A DNA stretch of 64,000 nt, taken from assembly GCA_001244265.2 (NCBI GenBank), contig CDLV01000015.1:620001-684000 (forward strand), in the 5' to 3' direction. The notes below the pieces were generated by a model. That model had not been told where the DNA came from, did not search any database, and saw only the letters and a program-made list of their open reading frames with translations. This document shows, piece by piece, positions 24,593 to 37,337 of this stretch. A program made the position numbers and the translations under genes. The stretch is from Microbotryum violaceum (Eukaryota). Position 1 is the stretch's first letter, and every line of letters begins with the position of its first letter.

Positions 24593-25904
24593 ATTGGTGG
24601 TGAATTGAGGTTAAGCGTAGATTTGAGCTGGTGGGGGGAAGGGGGAGGGGGCGGGGGGAATGCTGGGGAATGCGTCGAGAGCAAGAACCGAGAAGGTTCG
24701 GTACTCCGGGTCAGCGGGTCAGAGAGGTCCAGAGCTCCAGAGAGCCAAGCCAAAGAGGAGGCGCCTTTCTCATTCTGTCGCTCTCTCATAGCCTTTTCGA
24801 GCGCTCGGACCCACTCGCGCCGGGAGTCGGGTCTCGCTCCGACGCGCAATACCTTCTGTCATCACTTGAGTTCCTAAGAGGTTTCACGAGATGATTCATA
24901 CTCATAACAACCTCTCTCCATCAAGCAAGTGACTACGCAAAGGAGAGACCGACCCAATAGGCAATCCGTTTCAGCCCGGGCGGGGTCCATTGCCGAACAA
25001 CGAGCTCCCAGCCCCGACGGCGTGACCTGGTAACGATGATTCTCACCAGTCAGAAGCGGTACAAATGCCTCCAGCCTTACCATGCCATGAGCTTACTTGA
25101 TTGCTATCCAATTCACCCGCGTTCACCAAGTCTCGGACTTGCTACCGTGTGAAATATGTCAAGTCAGGGTACATCTTCGCCGAGAGCCGGAAGCCGGAAG
25201 TGTTTTGTGAGCTTTTTCGCCGAATCGCCGCCGGTAGTCATAATCGCCGTCCTCGCGAGTCGGGTCCGAGCAATGTCCGATGACAAGCTTCGATCAGTCC
25301 CGAGCTTGCCTAATAGCTTGAGGGGAATGAAGGGTTCGCTGCCCCAAGGGCTCACTTCGGGTGCCTTGACGGCGACCTGGCGAGTCGGGCAGGCTGTTGC
25401 CAGATGTAACCTTGTACAGGGGTCGAGCTCCGATCCTGCCTTCGGGCCCAGGACCTCGGGAAGCGGCCTTTTGCCGCCTGTTTCTCACTGGTCAGTAGTT
25501 AGAGGCGACTGATGTCTCAACGGTGACCAAAATATAGCCGGAGAGTTCAGGACAGAAACAGCACCTACAGAGCCCTCTGACCCCCTCCCAAAATAGAACT
25601 GTCCATCACCGCGCGCGCGGCTTTCGGCTTCGGCCTGCACAAACTGCTATCACTCGCGCTACACCCCTCTCCACTAAAGATCATCCCCTTCGTCGAGCAT
25701 AGACACAGGGGACCCTTTTCCGAGATCTCTCACGCGCACCAGGAAACAGTCGGCTTCAATAGCCGGGTCGGAGTGTTTGGAAGATACGATCGCTCTCGGT
25801 ATGACATTCCGGGCATGATGTGGAAGTGAAAATGTATTACGCGCAAAGAGAGTACTCAAGAAGACGAGACCTCTGCTCGATCGGACCGGCTTACCTCTTT
25901 ACAG

Positions 25905-26737
25905 TTCATCTGCAAGTTCCGTCAAGTCCGACACTTGATCAGCCATCCCATACTTCCACCACCAAAACACAAACCTCAAGATGTCGAAGGTGTCGAGCAA
26001 GAAGAACCATCAGCAAAAACATATATCTCGTATCATCTCTCACGGGAAAACCGAGCTCCGTTAAAACAGAACGAACCCCTGAACCTGGAGTGCGCCGCCT
26101 CCGAAGAGGACAACTGCGGTCCGTGTAAGTCGGCACTTCCTATATGTTGTAAACATTTGAGATTGTTTATCTATCATCTGGCTCGATCGGGCTGAGGGTG
26201 TCGATGGGGAGAGAAATCGCGAGGGGGCGTTGGGCGAAAATGGGCAGGCAACGAAACAAGAGTTCAAACTCACGGCTTGTGGGCACAATAATAACGACAA
26301 GAGAAAGAAAGCTACTGTGGAGTGTCAGGATGCTACCTATCCGACGAAGTTGAAGAGAAAGATAGGGTTAGTCACGATTGATCCACGACGAGAACTGGGT
26401 CGAGACCATAATCGCGAATACGCCGGAGGCGGGAGCCAAAGAGTCTTCAGACATTTTCAAGCCCCTCAACAGTCCACAAGAGTCCTATGGTGTCACGCGC
26501 GACTACAACCACTACTTCGGAATGCCAAGCACCGACGAAACAGTCGATCCCAGCAAAGAGCAACCTCGCGACTTGGGTATATCCACCGCCGAAGCAGTTA
26601 GAAACGCCCCTTCCCTTCTCTCCCCTGATCAATCTTCTCAGAGCATGAACGCCAAAGGGGTCATGGAGATAGCCATTACATCGACACTCTTGCGAATGGA
26701 GCTATGGATCCCCCACGAAGAACCTTCGACACTCTGA
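25905..26737 (+). pseudogene. Possible decayed gene fragment(s), unidentified
   Basis: Acceptor-like tttacag (~25904) and donor gtaagt (~26125) bracket an open frame; protein-like segments (DENWVETIIANTPEAGAKESSDIFKPL...) lie in frames that do not join cleanly; no family recognised. Confidence 0.2.
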
Positions 26738-28947
26738 GACGACCCAGACAGGTAGAGCGAGGATATGTTAGGGGGTGACGAGGTCCCTAAGGGTCAAAAG
26801 CTCCGCTGTTTAGACTCGAACGCCTTGGATCAGTCGTCGTCGACACGGCGCGTCCTTTTCGTAGGAATCGGAGTGACAGGACCCTTTCCTCCGCGCGAAC
26901 AGAGGAAGACCTAGAGTGAAAACTGCGAATAGAAAAAGGTCGAAACCTCTCATCATGAGACCCGTTTGGCCCCTGGTGGGGTGTGTCGGTTGGCGGATGT
27001 CGGAGTCGATCGGAGCGGGGAAGCCGGGCAAGAAGCAGGAGAGGCTCACCTAATTGCGTTCGAGAGCGTGAAATAGGACCGAAAGAACAAGTGTGAGTGT
27101 GTCAGCCTTGAGAATCGTTCGCATGAACTTCAATGCGCCGAGCCAACTGATGCATCCCCCAGCGACAAAGAACCCCCCACCGTCAACACAAACAACGAGC
27201 GCCACGCGACATATAAATCACAGACATCCTTCTTTTTGTAGAAAGAATCAGTCAAGGATTACTGGCTAGTATTAATGGTAAAAACCGTTTGCGCTCCAAC
27301 AAGGAAGCCATAACGGTCTCTTCGCAAGTTCTCGCCATGGTCGATAAGATGGGGAAGAGAAAACATATTTGGTCATCACATTCTTTTTGCAAAGAGTGGA
27401 TGCCCTGAAGAACATGTGGGTGGGCTCGCGTGTGGGTGTGTGGTGGGTGGACGTCGGAGATGGGGTAGAACGCATCGTGTCGGGCACGGCTGCGAAGGTT
27501 GAACGAGGAAAAAGGAAGCTCACACTGCAAAGGCGAGGGCGCGCGGCACAGGTCAGTTTGGCTCGCTCGAAGGATTTGGAGGGCATCAAGTATGACTCAC
27601 CAGTTGCATCACAGGAGCATGCAAAGATGATCTCTGCCACGGGCGGGTCGGACTCGTCACGGGTCAGAGAAGGAAAAGAAAAGGAGAGCCCAGGAAAAGC
27701 GTCGTGGGATGGGTATTGTCGTCGTGTGGGCGAGCAAGCACGGGAAAGCACCCCCTCACAGCCTCTCGATTGATCCTCTGGAGAGGGTACCACGGATAGA
27801 GCTCTACGTCATGAGCGGTGGATGGGTGTGGAGCGAGCCGTGGTGGGATGGGGGTTGGGGGTTGGGGGCACGAGCGGGGACGAGTGAGGGAGAAGGCAAA
27901 CCGAGGTGCGCGACCTCGACTGCGAACCTGAGCCCGTCAATTTTGGCGCACATCTCGCACCATTTTTCCTTCCGACAGCTGGTGCGTATAGTCACAGAAA
28001 CGCAGCGTAATTTCTCAGGAAAAATTGAGGTGTATAAAGGTAACAACAAAACCATTACAACGAATCTCATGCCGCTCAAAGATGACTGTGTTCGTGATCG
28101 TGCTTTTCAAGCCCGGCCACTGCCCGCACCAGTGGTCCTCCGCGCCACGGCTGCTCTCGCTTGCTCATTCAGCCTGTCGTCGTCAAAGTGGTCAGCTGCC
28201 GTCAGTGATCGGCTGACACGGTGGCGGCCACGCGTCGTAGCAAGCACCAGCAACGGCACCGAGAGCCCATCCAGCGGTCCCTTCCTCGCTTAAATTGACG
28301 ACGTGTACACCACCTCGACGCGTTCGCGTGGCTAGTCCCCAGACTCCAGTTGCCACCGTCCGAGCCAGCAACTGTCTGCTGCCGAGTGGGGGAAAGCTCA
28401 CTCGCCGTCGCCTCAGCTCCGAGTTGCTCAGCGAAGCAAGCCACAGCAAGAAGGTCGCGGCCGAGACCTGTAGCAAGCCCATCGAGTCACCCACAATCGC
28501 AGTTCCTTGGGCCACTTTCCGTCCTTGAACCGCGTCAGGCCGGCGCCAGTCTCGACCCGTTCGCCCGTTCGCTCTATCTCTCCCTCAGCTCAGCCTCTTC
28601 GGTGGTAGGTGCTCCGTGCTCAGTGCTCGAGCGAGCAAGCGACAAAGAGAGCAAGTGACTAGGTACGCAAATGCACCACACCGCACCTCTGACGAACTGC
28701 AAATCAGCTCGTGCTGACCACTCGAATCACTTCGTCACCACACAACTTTCCTCGCTCCGTCAGCGCTAGGTCCTCGTCGGCTTCGCTTCGCTCCTGATCC
28801 CGTCCAACAGCCAATGACGACGTGCGTTACACCAAATTTCTGACTCTGCTATCTCACGGCCAAGTCACCCGTTTAACGAGCGAATCTGGTTATCACAAGA
28901 CGACGAAACCCACAAGCGACCTCCTCTCCGGCATCGCACGTCCTCCC

Positions 28948-30965
28948 ATGCCTTCGTCACCTCCACTTGGTCCTCCACTCGGAGAGCAAGGGCCTAGCCG
29001 CTCGGAGCGAGCGTCACGGTCATCCTCCCGTCGTGCTAGCCCCGTCGACTCGCGAGCGTCGTCACCGAGCACTCACAGCGCCCAGCCCGTCGCTTCTACA
29101 TCTGCTCAGTCGGGTGCTACATCGTCCGAGTCCCAACGCACACCAGGTCGCCAGCTCCGATTCAACCCTATCGTCTCCAGCGCGGCCCACAGAGCCGCTG
29201 GTGCCTCATCGTCTTCGGCGATGGCATCCACCTCGGCGCAGATGAGACAGACCCCACGCGTGATCGCTGCTAGTCAGGAATTTATCGATCTGACGGATGA
29301 TTCGCCCCCCGTTGTCGGCGGCTCGAGTTCGCGACGATCAGTGCCAAACCGGCCGACCCGACATCCACGTTTGGCGTTACCGGGAGGCTATGGCCATCGA
29401 TTAAGAGCGGCCGCGGCGCAAGATGCTAACAACGCGACAGCATCAACATCAGGCTCGAGCTCAGGTTCATTGTTCTCGGTTTCCGGTGCGAACACGAGGG
29501 CGAGGAGGGGGACCAGAGCCGGCGTCGGACAACCCTCGATGATGATCGAGCTGAGCTCGGGCTCGAGCTCGGAGAACGATGACGACTTTGGGGACGACGA
29601 CATTCAGGTCATTGAACCCGTCGGTGGGTCATCCAGCTCGAACCGAAGAATCACCCGAGCGAATGGTGAGCACTTTCTCGCGTGGTCGCAGCTCTCGAGC
29701 CAACAGCCCGTGACTCGCACCTTGGTTTTTCCAACTTCACAGCTCAAGCACAGAATGGAGGAAGTAACGCAGAACGGAGATACGAGAACGGCTACGTTCG
29801 ACCATCTCCACGCAACCTCAATGACTCGATTGGCAACAACGACAACGATACCAGTGGAGACGCGGCGATGGCCCGAGCATTGGCCGCAGCTGAAGATCAA
29901 GGTGAGCTTGTCCGACCTGCACCCCTTTTGGTGTACGATTGTGCGCGATCGCTGACTTGGGAACCTTTTTCTCTTTACATCACACTAGCTGCAAGACGAC
30001 AGGCCAATAATGCGGGTGAAGGGAACATGTTCCTCAATTTCCTGCACGGCAACGGCGGGGCGGCTCGAAACGGAGGCGGAGAAGGTGGTGGGGGCGGTGG
30101 CATTCTTCCATTCGGAGGAGGGGATAGGTTTCCGCATCCTTCTGCGCACATTTTTGCTCTCTACCCTGGACTTCCAACGAACTTTGGCTACATCGATTAT
30201 GGCTTTGGCGATGGTTTCAACATCGGAGGGCTCGCGCGCGGGCTCGCTGGAGTCATACCCGTCAATAGGGCAGGGTGGGGAGGCCAGGATCGAGTTCGGG
30301 CGGGTAAAAAGTATGCCATTAAGATGAGTCATCCCAGAAAGGTCGAATCCGGCTTTTCGAGGGACATTGTCGAACCGATCGACCCCAACGCGCCACCTGC
30401 ACCGACAACGTCCAAGAGGGGAGGAGCGAAAGGAGGTCGAGGCAAAGCTAAGGACGTGCAAGTCATCGAGATGGAACCCGTGTGCGCGTCGTGTCTCGAT
30501 CCCTTCTTGTTGGCACAAAGTGGCAATGGTCGACCGTGGGCTTTGAGGTGTGGTCACTGCGTCTGTGGCAAGTGCGTCAATGAGGCTCGCTCAAGAGCCA
30601 AGCTGGCCCGGATGGGACACTGGACCGAGGTCGACCTCCGCGCCGAGTCGAACAAGGGCTCAGAGGGTGATCTCATCCATGATGTCGGCAACGTTGACGA
30701 GGACGACCTCGAATACATCGACTTTGGGTCATCGACGACGAACGCGAACGGTGGGACGAAGCGCAAGGCCCCTCCGACTACGACGACAACAGCGGCGGCG
30801 ACGAGTGCCATCAAGAAACGCAAGGGCAAGCAAAAAAGTATGAGCGAGCAGACCCGGATTGTGGACGACTGGACGAGCTGTCCCGTTGTAGGGTGTATGG
30901 ACGACCACACGAATGTGTTGGCTCCTGAGGGCGATCTTACAGGGCCATTCGAATTGTTCGTTTAA
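28948..30965 (+). CDS. SIM-containing RING-finger protein, SUMO-targeted ubiquitin ligase (Rfp1/Slx5/Slx8-like), two introns
   Basis: SIM-like motifs EFIDLTDDS, MIELSS, DDDIQVIE; C-terminal CASC...CGHCVCGKC...CPVVGC RING ligands ending in ELFV*. Confidence 0.75.
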
Positions 30966-32845
30966 GCGTCGACGCCGGACCGGAGAATTCTTTGAGGCGA
31001 AGGCTGGAGCATTCCGAGATCGTCATGTGGATGTGTAATGTACCGCAGTTGCGCAAGATCTCGTCTTTTCCGGCTTGGCGAGAATTGTTGATGCGCAAGA
31101 CTTGTTCCATTGCTGATCACCTCATCAACTCCACCGACTCGCCGAGTTTGGAACCTGAATCAAATGAAAGTAGGCTCCGTAGACGTCGATCCCGGAGCGA
31201 TCTTGTCCGATCGCCGCACTAGACAGGGGCAGACACTCAGAGGCATTCTTGGTGAGGGCAGATTGGGCTCGTGTGATCTGGCCCGAGTGGCCCTCATGCC
31301 CTCGCCAGCCCGTGCCTTCGTTCCGGGACGGCGAAGACTTTTAAGCTCTGAACACGGGAATGGGCATTTGAGCTGGGCTGGTGCGCCCGCGCCGCAGACC
31401 GTCGCGCGCTCGACGCAAGAGTGGGTAAGAAATGACGGTGCATTCACGCAGCGAGCTCTCGGGCTCGTTACGACACCGTCGCTCCGAGCTCTTGGCACCC
31501 CCATTCGACTCTCGAAGCTTTGATGGGTGCGGTGCAGTGATGAACGCAAAAAGAGAAAGAGTTGCACAAGGCCGTCCACCCCGAAACGCATCTGTTTCCT
31601 GGCTTTTTACTTCTTGAGGCTCGTAGAATCGGACACCCAGTCCTCGACTGGACCCAAGCTTGTGGGCCCCCGTCGCTCCCGAAACAGTTCTTGAGCTCGG
31701 GAACAGGTCCAATCCGATGCTCGTGCCCCCCTTTGCCACATCTTCTGAATGACTTTTGTCTCGCCTCCGACCTCATGAACCACCTTTTCGCTCTGGATTC
31801 TCCTTCTCGCAGTTGTAGGTGGTACTCGCTGCAGGCCTGTAACAAATCGGCACTTTTGCGATCCGTCGAACTCGGAGAGATGCATGCGCAGACCGAATCG
31901 GCGCCGGCCTGGCTTTCGACCTGTCGCCGAAGGAAAAGCTTGCACCAAAAATCTTGCACCACAGGTCGGCAGGGTCGGCAATAGTCCACCACACCTCGGT
32001 CAGGCAGCGCGCGCGGCTCTTGAGAACAAAAGCATCTCTAACGCTCCACACGCATGCAGCTTGTAGAACAACTTTGCAATGAGCGATCGAGCAGCGGTAC
32101 TAATCGGACCTGCGCTCTTTGAGCAAAGCCGATCGACCATTTATTTATTTATTGAGCTCCTCCCTCCCACCCTACTTGTTCATAACTCCTGTTTACAAAA
32201 CCCTCCGTTTGTTACGGAGTGCGGGCTTTTCTCTTATCACTGCAACTCGACTCTTCCATCCTAAAACAAACGCCACAAACAGCGCGCACTATGGAGGAGT
32301 CGAAGGCGCGCATCGACGGCGTTACTATTTGGAAAAAGTGGGTAATAAGCCTGAGCCTCTTGTGCGCAGCTGCTCGAGCCTCGGGCTCGCGCGGTCGCGC
32401 GACTGGTCGGCTTTTAGAGATCGTTCAGCTCGGTCGTCGGTCGAACAGCCTCAGCGCTAGCTCGCGAGTCGCAATGCCGCATTCTCGGGTACTACTCACC
32501 AGATCCTTGAGACTTGAGCTCTTACATCAATCCTCAAACAAACAAAGAAATTTTAGCCAGCGAGGCACGAGATTCCTTCCCTTTGTGGCCTCTGTCGTTG
32601 CTCGGTCTTGCAATTGCTTCACGTTGCTTGAGAGGTCTCATCGATCTAACCCACAGCCCCTCTGGGAAGGCAGATCAATCGCTAGCGCGCCGGGTCACGG
32701 TCTCCGAACCTTCAAGGCAGCACGTCATCATGCGCTGTGGGAAGGCTGCCTAACCATGAACCCTTTTATAGCCAGCACTTGTTTGTGACGCTCGCGAGGT
32801 CGTTTAAGAAGACTTGAAGTGCATCACCTACCGCAAAAATACCCA

Positions 32846-33243
32846 TCACACACTCGCTTGAACCAACTGCCGATAGTCCAGATCAAACCAGAATCCCAAA
32901 CGATCTTCCCACCCCCACACCTCGACGTCCGATTCGTCGCTGTCATCAAGTCCTTGTACAAACCTCCTGCCCACGCTTAAGGCACGTGCAATCCAGAAAT
33001 TATCAAAAGAGGATTTGCTGGTTGGAGTCTTCGCACGAGAACCGCCCTCCTTTTGCGAATTGGCGATAGTCCTTCCGAGTCGCTGAGGCGGTCGTCTTCC
33101 GAATCCGTTCCCGAGGCCTCCCCGACCTGTCCCTGTTCTGTAGCAGAGTCGGCAACCGGAGTTGGCGAGCTCGAAGATATCGTAGTGCCGTTTAGTTCTT
33201 GCTTGAAAAGCAAAGCACATATAACTTTGGGCCTGCCAGGCAA
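32846..33243 (-). pseudogene. Possible frameshifted gene remnant, unidentified
   Basis: Two overlapping minus-strand frames carry protein-like stretches (GTDSEDDRLSDSEGLSPIRKRR and GLDDSDESDVEVWGWEDRLGFWFDL) with no obvious intron linking them. Confidence 0.2.
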
Positions 33244-33651
33244 GTGCGATCGAACCTAATCGCGGTCGTACGTGTATCGGCGTTCTCCTTTGTCCCGCTG
33301 TGCGTAGTAGCGCATCACTTTGAGTATCAACAAATGCAACGAAATGAAAAAGGACCGTACACGTCCTTTGTTATACGGTCTTGGCGCACGGACCTCTAGC
33401 TCAGCCGCCGCCAATATTCTTTCTGACTTCGGATCAACGAGGTCCAAGCGCCAGCAATCTCTGCGTGAGAGCTTGGCGCGACGCGACGCGCTTGAGCGCC
33501 TGAGGCCTGAGCGACCCCGAGCGCCACGACCCTCGCAGTCGGCGATCGTCCTGCCCGATCCTATTGAAACCGTCCGCACTACAAGTTGTCGTCTGACATT
33601 GCTGTGCTTTGTGAACACAACCAACCCAACCAGCGACATTCTTTGCCACAG

Positions 33652-35826
33652 ATGCGACCCTCGCCAACACCATGCCGGCGGCGGAGGCCTGTTTTGAGCA
33701 CCTTCATGTCACATTGCTGTCTCTTGGCGTTGCTCGCTTGCACTGTCGTAGCTGTGCACCCCGATCAGATCATCGACCAAGCAGATGCAAGCTCTTCCTC
33801 CGAAACAGCCGAGCTTTCATCGAACAACTCGCCCCCGTTGACACCTCCGCCCAAGTCAAAACGAGCGCCTTCCGACGATGGCGCACCCCCGACAAGAATC
33901 CCCATCACTTTGACGATGCCCTCCGTCAAAGAGATTGCAGCCATGTCCCCGACCGTTGCGCTCTTCTGGGACACCGCTCTCAAAGCTTTGGCTCTAGCGG
34001 CACAGGGCGGGGTCGATGCGACACTGCGCTCGTTCGCCTTCGCCAGGTTTCACGGCAAGATCGTCGGCATACCTGGTACGGGCATCGAGACCACAGCGGA
34101 GGCCCAGGCGCTGCAAAAGCATTTGGATTGCATGACGAGCAACGGGGAATGGGTCTACGATCCTTTGGGCGACGCGAGATCGAACGAGGCGCCGAATCCG
34201 AATGTCGGCTTGACCATACACAAACAAGAGGGGATCTACGCGAGTTGCGACCGCAAGTTCTACTCCAAGTCCAAAGGAGGCAACAGGCGAAGCGAAGCGG
34301 ACTGGGACGTCCGGGAATCGCTCAAGTGGAAATGGCAACCGTCCAAGACGTGTGTTGAGACTGCCCCTTCGAACGCTCGACCGGGCCTTTCGCGCCGACG
34401 TTTCTGTCAATACCTCTCGCACAAGTCGACGATCCTTCTCGGAGACACGCCGCACTACTCGTTGCATGACCTCTTGCTTGACTGGACGACGCTCGCTCCG
34501 ATGTCATGCTACGGTGACTTGTTCTGTCGCGAGCATTCTCTGTGCGGCGATATCCTCAAAGCCAAACCCGGGACCGGGATCGAGGACTGGACCGAGGACG
34601 AACTCGTGTGGCTCAGTCTACCCCGACCTCCCTCGGCGGTATTGAAGGCTGCTGCGGATCGATCGGAGGAAGACGATGACGCGGACGAGCCGCACAGGCA
34701 CGAGCCGTGGGACGAGACAGTCATTGCAGAGAACGGCCAGCGACGCACGCCCTCTTTCGGGACATTGCTGCGTTACCGCCGCACCGACGGCCTCAAGTCG
34801 GCGCGCAAGTACATCGAGCCCATCTATATCCACCCTGCGACGGGGATCCGAGAGATGAACCAACAGTGGCTCCCCGATTCACGACGCGCCGACATCGTCG
34901 TCATGGCCAAAGCACCTCTGCCGTTCCCCCTTCCCGGCCACAACAAGACGTTCGATCACTGGTTCGAGGGGCTCGACGACTCGAAGGATCTTGAGGAGGT
35001 GGCGGCAAAGTACATCGAGGCCGCGTGGCGCATCACCGAGAACGTGTGGTTGCCCGAGTTGCTCGATTCGCTCAGTTCGATGCGCGGGTCACCTTCTCCC
35101 GAAGACCAGTTGATCATCTACCGCGGTGGATGGAGGGCGCACCATGACTGTAGTCGATCATCGTTGGACGAGGACGATCCCTCGGCGAGTTGGGATTGGC
35201 AATCCCCCGGCGACGGTCCTCCGCCGCACAAGCGTCAACCGACGCTAAGTCAAGTCTTGTTCCGTAACCCAGCACAAACGCGCCTCGTCGATAAACACAC
35301 CTTGTGGTACAACCTGCAAACGATCATGCAGAACCACATCGTGCGCAATTTCATCGCCCCCAAGTTCGGCATCCCTTTCCTCGATCTCGAATCGAGCATG
35401 TCCGTTTGGCGATCGGGAATGGTTGGCGGGTCAGCGAGTGCGCCTTTTGAGCCTTTGCCCAAGAGTTCGATGCAGGGGGGTGGGTTCGTCGATCAGGCCA
35501 AGTTGAAGAAGAGGGGGGCTAGTCCGGGGTTGAGGAGCGCAGCTTCGGGCGATTGTTGGAGGTATTGTATCGCTTCGCCCGGGAGTGGGATCGAGGAAGC
35601 GTTCATTGGAGGATTGTTGAGGGTCAGTTTGGGTGATGTACTGCTTCATCGCTTCTGGACGCTGACCTAGACACTCGACGACTATCTTCACCAGATCTTT
35701 GAACGGGGCTTCGCGTCGACCGAGGAGCGCAAGCAGAAATGGACCGGGGACAACTTCGCGAACGTCAAGGAAAGGATGGCGCAGAGGGAGAAGCTGAAGA
35801 ATGGGGATGCAGGGGAGGATGACTAG
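33652..35826 (+). CDS. CAP64/CAS3-like SGNH (PC-esterase/TBL-type) membrane-anchored protein; one intron near the 3' end
   Basis: N-terminal hydrophobic anchor; CMTSNGEWVYD, WKWQPSKTC, TILLGDT (GDS position), SGDCWRYC (DxxH position); last exon IFERGF...EDD* ends at TAG 35824-35826. Confidence 0.7.
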
Positions 35827-36079
35827 AGTAGCTCTTTATTACTGCGTGACATATTATTATGCCTATTGTGGTTTTGAGCCGACTCCATCGCGGGCCTACC
35901 GATGTGGTGGTCGGGAAAGCCCTTTGCGGCCCGAGCGTCTCTGAGCGTTTCGTTCGCGTCGCGTCGCGTCTGAGCTGCTTCTCGTCGCGCAACTTTTGGG
36001 GTCGTTCCTCACGCACGCAATTCCCATCCCTACCCCCGCACAAGTCATCCAATAGGCTTCGACTGACTACGAGAGAACC

Positions 36080-37165
36080 ATGTCGAAACCGACTCCAACA
36101 CGCTCTACAGCCACATCCTTCCCCACTTTCCTCGACCTCCCACCCAACGGCAACTCCACCTCCACCTCCACCTTCCCCTTCAAAGTCCTCCCTCATCACC
36201 ACTCCATCTCCCTGCTCCCCTTCTCCATCACCTACGCCGGACCAACCGACATCTCCTCCCAATTCCCGCTACATCCTTCAACGTCTACGAAACGTTCGGA
36301 TGGGACGTTGGAACTTCATTCCGAAGCGGCTTTTAGGGGGAGGTTATTAATTTCGTCACGAGTCGAGTTACCCCAAGGTTATCGGGGGTGGGTTGTGGAG
36401 AGTAGGAAACCGGCGCCTGTTAGGATTGCTACGACTGTTACGGAGTCGGGTAAAGGTGTGGAGGAAAGGGTTGTGAAGAAGGCTAAGATTGAAGTAGGTC
36501 GGAGGGGGGGTTCGTTCAGAGGTCGAGGGGGAAAGGTTTTTCAGAAGGGAACGAGGACGAGTCCGAGGAAGAAGAAGGTCGTGGTTAAATATTCGTTGGA
36601 TTCGGATGAGGAACTGGAGGGGAATGAGGTAAGGGAGGACGAGATGATGAAGATTCGGGAGGAGGTCGAGGAGGCGAAAGCGGAGGAGGAGGAGGAGGAG
36701 GAGGAGGAGGAGGAGGAAGAACGGACGATGGTCGATACGCCCCACGAGTCGATCGAATCCTCCTCAACTACGACAGCTACAACTACAATCCACTCCAATC
36801 TCGTCTCCCTCTCCACCTCCTTCTCCTCCCTTCCCGACACACCAAAAGAACCCGAACCCGAAGCCGAGATCGAGAACTTTGCCGAGGCCCCCTTGGCAAG
36901 GGATGAGATCCACCTCCTCCCCATCGCGTCCTTCGCCTCGATCGACCTGTGGAACCCAGATAGTGCGGCGGATCTAGCGACGGATGTGTATGCAAGGTCG
37001 TTGGGCGAGTGGATGGGGATCGCAGCGAAGGTGCGTTACGAAGTTTTTCCCCGGGGGGAAGCAAAGAGGCTCCTCGTGGGGAAGGTGACCTCTGGGACAA
37101 GCAAGGTTAACGAGGACGTGCCGTACTGACCTCTTCACTTTCTTTTCCAGTTGCACGCTTATTAA
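36080..37165 (+). CDS. RNH203: Ribonuclease H2 subunit C
   Basis: LLPFSITYAGP, EAAFRGRLL, VELPQGYRGWV, FASIDLWNPD, LGEWMGIAAK|LHAY*; long charged insertion. Confidence 0.88.
36683..36721 (+). repeat. (GAG)11 microsatellite plus 2 GAA, encoding poly-Glu
   Basis: Read directly from the sequence. Confidence 0.9.
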
Positions 37166-37337
37166 ACGCAATCGCATGCTTGGATGGGGATGAAAGAACT
37201 CCTCTCTGTGTCTGGCGATGGTCGTTTTGGCATCTCTTTTCACATCTTGGCTCTGTGCTTTCAGTACTTATCCTTCCATCTTACTGTAGACTAGAAGTGC
37301 GATAGATAGTTCGTTACTCGAAAGCTCTTGACCCTCC

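Noticed and set aside
26363..26371. TAGGGTTAG (CUAACCCUA on the minus strand) as a telomerase RNA template in the large gap
   Set aside because: A 9-nt match to some permutation of TTAGGG is expected by chance in 64 kb, and I could not identify a pseudoknot or CR4/5-like element
9434..30965. AOS1 and the STUbL-like gene as a SUMO pathway cluster
   Set aside because: They are ~18 kb apart with unrelated genes between them, so coincidence is sufficient
4021..35826. Genome-wide TAG reassignment as the explanation for the sugar-porter stop
   Set aside because: TAG terminates other genes at sensible positions (4021, 17640, 35824), and no conserved domain in the window is interrupted by TAG
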